Part shown: positions 59,346 through 64,000 of the stretch, one piece after another
Layout of the letters: each line of letters opens with the position of its first letter
Position numbering within the stretch: the first letter of the stretch is position 1
Assembly (NCBI GenBank): GCA_963769425.1
Contig: CAVYLP010000003.1
Span: 319,911 to 383,910, forward strand
Origin: Candidatus Bathyarchaeota archaeon
GTDB taxonomy: Archaea > Thermoproteota > Bathyarchaeia > TCS64
Direction of reading: 5' to 3'
DNA length: 64,000 bases
The notes under the pieces: generated by a model
Told to the model about the DNA's origin: nothing
Database searches by the model: none
Seen by the model: only the letters and a program-made list of their open reading frames with translations
Program-made: the position numbers and the translations under genes

Positions 59346-60716
59346 TCATTGACTTTCCCTCATAAGAGTGCCTATATCTTCTATCTTCTCTAGACCCATT
59401 ATCATACTCATCGACTTCTCGATCCTGTCTCCCGTTACGCCTCCCCACTCAGCGCATTCCCTGTACTTGTCGAGGAGCTCCTTCTCCGTCATTGGGTTCT
59501 CCGGCGTCCCCTTCGGTGGGAAGTAGATGGTGTCGAAGGATCGCCCACTCCTCGTCTTCAAGATCATCCTGACCTTTGAGGAGGGGTACTCCATCTCCGG
59601 GTCGGGAACGAGCTTCACCCTCTTCACCAGCTCCCTGGACCGCGGGTCATTGACCTTCTCATCGGTGAACTGCCGCAGCCCCAGCCTCCTGTCGAGTATC
59701 GCCCTCGCCATCCAGTACTCCATGCTGAACTTGGCCTCAAGCCCCGTCACCGGGTCGTGGTACATGAGTAACTCGGAGTACTTCGGCCTGAGGTGACACT
59801 CGACGCTCTCTACGTCCTCGGGCCTCAGGTCATGCTCCTTAACGAGGGAGAGTATCCCCTCGACGCTGCCCACCCCTCCCCCGCAGACGGGATACATCTT
59901 CAGGTTGATCCCCCTCGCCACTGTAGGCTCCATGATCCCCCAGGGCTCCCCGAAGCCACCCACCTTCCCCAAGTCGTACCTGTCCGTGGAGACCTTCAGG
60001 TACCCGAGCCTCCCGTCGAGCGCCGTCCTCGAGCTCGTGAACCCCTCCTTCGCCAGGAGGGCGGCGTTTACTCCGTTCTCGTTAGCCCTACCGGCGTGGA
60101 AGGACTTGCAGTGGGTTCCGAACTGCTCCTGGAACCCACCAGCCTCCGAGGCCGCTATCCCCAGAGCGTTAGTCATCTGATCCACGTCGAGGCCGAGCAG
60201 CTTCCCTGCGGCCGCCGCGGCTCCTAGGGTCCCAATCGTCCCTGTGGAGTGCCACCCCTTAGCGTAGTGGTTCCCCGACGTCACCAAAGCGTCACCGAGC
60301 TTCCACTGGACTTCGGTCCCAACCATGTACGCCGTCAACGCATCCTCCCCTGATAACCGAACGGCCTCACCTAGGGCGAGAATCGCGGGGAGGATCACCA
60401 CGGTGCCGTGCCCCACGAACATCTGGTTAGTGTCATCGTAATCGAGGACGTGGCCGAACACCCCGTTAGCAAACGCGGCTTGTGGCACCGAGGCCTTGAC
60501 GCCGAGGCCGATTACCGTTGCCTCTTCCTTCCCTTGGACTCTCCTGAGGTACCCCTCAATAGGTTTCTTTATCGACTCCGCGGAACCAGCAAGGGTAACC
60601 CCGAAGCAATCTAAAATGCACTGCTTCGCCTTGGTTTTCGCCTTCTCTGGTATGTTCGTGTACTCGACGCTGCAGATGAATTCAGCGAGTTTCTCTGTAA
60701 GCGTAATTTCGCCCAT
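59346..60716 (-). CDS. MmgE/PrpD family protein
   Basis: AAFANG..HVLDYDD, GWHSTG, KSFHAG, LKMYPVC, AKFS, GTPENP. Confidence 0.92.
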   Translation of the reverse strand: MGEITLTEKLAEFICSVEYTNIPEKAKTKAKQCILDCFGVTLAGSAESIKKPIEGYLRRVQGKEEATVIGLGVKASVPQAAFANGVFGHVLDYDDTNQMFVGHGTVVILPAILALGEAVRLSGEDALTAYMVGTEVQWKLGDALVTSGNHYAKGWHSTGTIGTLGAAAAAGKLLGLDVDQMTNALGIAASEAGGFQEQFGTHCKSFHAGRANENGVNAALLAKEGFTSSRTALDGRLGYLKVSTDRYDLGKVGGFGEPWGIMEPTVARGINLKMYPVCGGGVGSVEGILSLVKEHDLRPEDVESVECHLRPKYSELLMYHDPVTGLEAKFSMEYWMARAILDRRLGLRQFTDEKVNDPRSRELVKRVKLVPDPEMEYPSSKVRMILKTRSGRSFDTIYFPPKGTPENPMTEKELLDKYRECAEWGGVTGDRIEKSMSMIMGLEKIEDIGTLMRESQ

Positions 60717-60899
60717 TGTGACTCTCCGACGGGTAATTAATTGTGATGTACTCTCGTAAAACCTTGCATTAAAACAGACATTGTTATGCACTTCTGAGCT
60801 GAAAACCTACGGCGTCCTAACTTTTTTGAGCCTTTGTACGGTGTTCAGATTATTAGGAGCATAAGCGAAAAACATATTTAAATTCATAAAACTTTAGCA

Positions 60900-61289
60900 T
60901 TGATCGATATGAATAAGGCCGAGAAACCCCTGGAGAGGCTTGTCTCCTGCGGAAGATGTGGCTGCTCAAATGTGAAGGAATACGCGGAGCAACTTAGAAA
61001 TTTGGCTACGCAGAAGGCAAACAGGGAGGAGGCGAAGAAGAGGGGCAGATTCTTCAAGGCCTTTGGCGACGAGACAAGGCAGAGGATACTCAGCCTCCTA
61101 GTGGAGAGGGAGATGTGCGTATGTGAGTTAACGACTGCCCTCGAAATGACCCAGCCTACGACGAGTCACCACTTGAAGATTCTAGAGGACGCCGGCGTTA
61201 TTCAGAGTGTTAAGAAGGGTACATGGGTATTCTATAGTGTCAAGGATAAGCCTCGGATTGCATCACTGATTAAAACATCCACCGAATAA
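60900..61289 (+). CDS. arsR: ArsR/SmtB family regulator
   Basis: FKAFGDETR, EMCVCEL, QPTTSHHL. Confidence 0.88.
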   Translation: MIDMNKAEKPLERLVSCGRCGCSNVKEYAEQLRNLATQKANREEAKKRGRFFKAFGDETRQRILSLLVEREMCVCELTTALEMTQPTTSHHLKILEDAGVIQSVKKGTWVFYSVKDKPRIASLIKTSTE

Positions 61290-61294
61290 CAACA

Positions 61295-61699
61295 TCATAT
61301 AGACGATTTATCATCCAACTCCTTAATCAACGCCTTCACCTTGAGCTGGATCTCATCTCGGATCATTCTAACCGTCTCAAGAGGTTTACCATGCGGGTCT
61401 TCAAGATCCCAATCTCGCAGTTCATTAGGTACAACTGGACAGGCATCCTCACCGCAGCCCATTGTTATAGCTAGATCGGCTTCCAAAATCATTTCTTTCC
61501 TTAGCTTCTTGGGCTTATTGCCACCGATGTCGATGCCGACCTCCCGCATCGCTTCCACCGCAACTGGATTAACGGCGTCTGCAGGGTTACTTCCAGCGCT
61601 GATTCCTCTGTGACGCCCCTCAGACATCTTATTGAAGAACGCTTCAGCCATCTGGCTTCGACCAGCGTTATGGATGCAGATGAAGAGTACTGTGACCAT
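61295..61699 (-). CDS. arsC: thioredoxin-type (LMW-PTP fold) arsenate reductase
   Basis: CIHNAGRSQMAE, TMGCGEDACP, WDLEDP. Confidence 0.9.
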   Translation of the reverse strand: MVTVLFICIHNAGRSQMAEAFFNKMSEGRHRGISAGSNPADAVNPVAVEAMREVGIDIGGNKPKKLRKEMILEADLAITMGCGEDACPVVPNELRDWDLEDPHGKPLETVRMIRDEIQLKVKALIKELDDKSSI

Positions 61700-61777
61700 C
61701 TAATCAGCCCATAGCTTATGTATATATTTAAATACTTGGATATAAAGTTAGCAGGTAATCGGAAAGGAAGACTAGCA

Positions 61778-62810
61778 TTGACTGATAGCGAGGCGAAACT
61801 TGGCTGGATCGAGAAGCTACTAGCACTATGGATTGGATTATGCATCGTCATAGGTCTAGCGATGGGGAAATACTTACCGGACTTTAGCAATAACCTGAGC
61901 CTAGGCATACCGATCGGCCTATTCCTAATGATATACCCCGCGATGACCAAGAATCGAGCTCGGCGAACTAAGGGAGGCCCTGAAGAGCAAGAGACAGGTC
62001 GCCGTCATCGCTTTCTTCAACTACGCCGTCAATCCATTCCTACTATACGCACTCGGCTGGGCCTTCTTCGAGAAAATCCTCCCCTACTTCGGATTAATCA
62101 CCCCAGATACAGCACGCTTCCTCTGGACCGGCCTGATCCTACTAGGCGTAGCCCCCTGCATCGCAATGGTCCTCGTGTGGACAGATCTTGCCAAGGGAAA
62201 CGGCGCACTCGGGATCGTCCTCATGGCATGGAACTCCATAATCCAGGTGATAACAACTCCACTCTACATCGCTCTCCTCGTCGGCACCTACATCTCTATA
62301 GACATTACCCTGATCGGGCAGAGCGTCCTGCTATACCTCGGACTACCGCTCTTCTTCGGAGTCTTAACCCGGCGACAAGTGATAAAGAGGAAGGGTGAGG
62401 AATGGCTCAAACATAGACTCATACCCTACTTCAACAAGATGCAGCTCCTCGCCCTGCTCTTCACTATGGTCGTGATGTTCTCCCTCAAGGGCGGTGTCAT
62501 AATCGATAACCCGAATCTGATCTGGCAGATGGCGATTCCGATCGTCCTCTTTTTCTTCATCCTCTTCAACCTGGTCTATTTCGTAACGCGTAGGATGGGA
62601 TATAATTACGAGGATAGCGTCACAATGGGTTTCCACTGCACGGGGAGAAACTTTGAGTTAGCGATTGCTATCGCTTTGACAGCGTTTGCATCACTGCCTA
62701 TGGTTGCGGTCTCAACCGTGGTGGGACCGCTCATCGAGATACCCGTCATGCTTACTCTCGTGTGGCTCGCGCTACGCAGGAGAGACAAGATAAGAATAAA
62801 GGAGGGTTAA
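61778..62810 (+). CDS. acr3: Acr3 arsenite efflux transporter, frameshifted near 61952
   Basis: MIYPAM, GVAPCIAMVLVW restored by removing one A, NFELAIA, GPLIEIP. Confidence 0.88.
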
Positions 62811-62813
62811 TAG

Positions 62814-63266
62814 ATGGAACAAGAATTTTATGAATTTAAGGCTGACAAATTCGTCTTCAAGGTCAAGAAGGGACTCTACTACTCCAGAGATGAGACGTGG
62901 GCCAAGGTCGAGGGAGACCGTATTCGTGTGGGTGTCACCGACTTCGCCCAGAGGCGAGCCGGAGATATCGTATTCGCTGAGGCCACGAAGATCGGGGACC
63001 CCGTTAAGCGAGGTGAACTCATCGGCTCCTACGAGACCATAAAGATGGTTCAGGACATACTGAGCCCAGTTGACGGCGAGATAACGGAGATCAACCCGCT
63101 CATCGACTCTAAGCCGGAGGTCATTAACATGGACCCCTACGGAGAAGGCTGGGTAGTAGTCATCAAACCAACTTCAAGCCTCAGTGGACTCCTCTCAGCA
63201 GAGGAGTACTTCGAGCAGATGAAAGTCAAGGTCGCTGACGAGTTGAAGAAGATCAAGGGGCTATAA
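62814..63266 (+). CDS. glycine cleavage H-protein-like lipoyl carrier
   Basis: W..VEG..RVGVTDFAQ..GDI, YETIKM (lipoyl-Lys position), INMDPYGEGW. Confidence 0.85.
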   Translation: MEQEFYEFKADKFVFKVKKGLYYSRDETWAKVEGDRIRVGVTDFAQRRAGDIVFAEATKIGDPVKRGELIGSYETIKMVQDILSPVDGEITEINPLIDSKPEVINMDPYGEGWVVVIKPTSSLSGLLSAEEYFEQMKVKVADELKKIKGL

Positions 63267-63267
63267 A

Positions 63268-63672
63268 ATGAAGAAACCAATACTTATTCTCCCATGCAGC
63301 GGAATCGGAAAGTCCTTCGGATCAATCGCACGCGACGCCACCTTCCGCGTCTGCGACGAGCTACGGCCAGGTAAGGCAGATACTCTCTGCCTCTCCCTAC
63401 TCGTAATGGGCGACGAAGAGGCCCGTAACAGAGTTGCTTCCAGCCGTTGTATCGTGGTGGATGGTTGTCCCATGGCTTGCTCAAGGAACAACGTTGAGCG
63501 AAGCGAGGGCAATGTCGTCGCCGAGTTCAAGGTCATGGATCTCCTCCGGGAGAATCGAGGCCTCAAGCCGAGGGCGGTCACCTTCCTCGATGAGGATGGC
63601 GAAAAGTTGTCCAAGGCACTTGCTGATAAGATGGCCGCGAAGGTGGATGAGCTCATGGAGGAACCTGAATGA
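63268..63672 (+). CDS. DGC domain putative zinc-binding protein
   Basis: PCSGIG, LCL, VDGCPMAC. Confidence 0.85.
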   Translation: MKKPILILPCSGIGKSFGSIARDATFRVCDELRPGKADTLCLSLLVMGDEEARNRVASSRCIVVDGCPMACSRNNVERSEGNVVAEFKVMDLLRENRGLKPRAVTFLDEDGEKLSKALADKMAAKVDELMEEPE

Positions 63673-64000
63673 AGATAAAGCCCAAGATTGGGGTCGTGTC
63701 CTGCAGCGGGGAATGCTGTGGCCTGGGTACATTCAGCCGAGTTGCGACGCGCATGGTGTTCGAGGAGCTACGCTACGATCAGACCGTCACGATATGCCTA
63801 CCACTCTTCCTCGCCGGTGAGACTCAGGAGCATCGGTTGGACAGGAGTTACCCGACAATCGCCGTTGACGGCTGCAACAAGCACTGCGCCTACAAGGCAA
63901 TTACGAAATACAGCAAGGAACCTGCGGCCGGCTTCGACGTGGAGGCACTCCTGAAGGAGTGGGGCGTCGAACCCCCAAAGATGAGAAGGGTCTTAGACGA
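63669..64000 (+). CDS. second DGC domain protein, runs off the window
   Basis: MKIKPKIGVVSCSGECCGLG..TICLP..VDGCNKHCA; ATGA overlap. Confidence 0.82.
   Translation, partial: MKIKPKIGVVSCSGECCGLGTFSRVATRMVFEELRYDQTVTICLPLFLAGETQEHRLDRSYPTIAVDGCNKHCAYKAITKYSKEPAAGFDVEALLKEWGVEPPKMRRVLD

Noticed and set aside
1-64000. tRNA or rRNA genes
   Set aside because: No cloverleaf/T-loop or rRNA-like segment was recognised by eye; a tRNAscan-SE run would be needed to exclude them.

Overview
Archaeal chromosomal segment (TiaS and a proteasome alpha subunit are present). Gene content and style suggest Bathyarchaeia, which is an inference. It is a patchwork of housekeeping and accessory genes. (1) A thiamine locus at 1-5.8 kb: thiW with an upstream TPP riboswitch, a ThiR-like regulator, and a nucleotidyltransferase-like/APC permease/metallophosphoesterase trio sharing a TATAAG-N3-CTTATA palindrome with the regulator promoter. 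(2) A nested mobile-element pair at 7.6-10.2 kb: an IS4/IS5-type DDE element with 17-bp TIRs and GCGCGC flanks, with an IS110 inserted at its right end. The IS110 5' non-coding end folds into a two-loop bridge RNA whose guides match the reconstructed target (the other IS's end) and the donor junction. (3) A MITE-like relative of the DDE element at 29.4-29.9 kb, and recurrent GCGC/RY tracts at the junctions of gene fragments. (4) AT-rich islands (a toxin-antitoxin module, MGE relics). (5) A BKACE plus carnitine-dehydrogenase-like pair. (6) A solo Cas4-like nuclease between two repeat sets. (7) An ars cluster extended by GcvH and two DGC proteins. Several genes (polX, 5'-nucleotidase, yhaM-like, acr3) carry single-base frameshifts that may be sequencing errors. 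No tRNA, rRNA or canonical CRISPR array was recognised.
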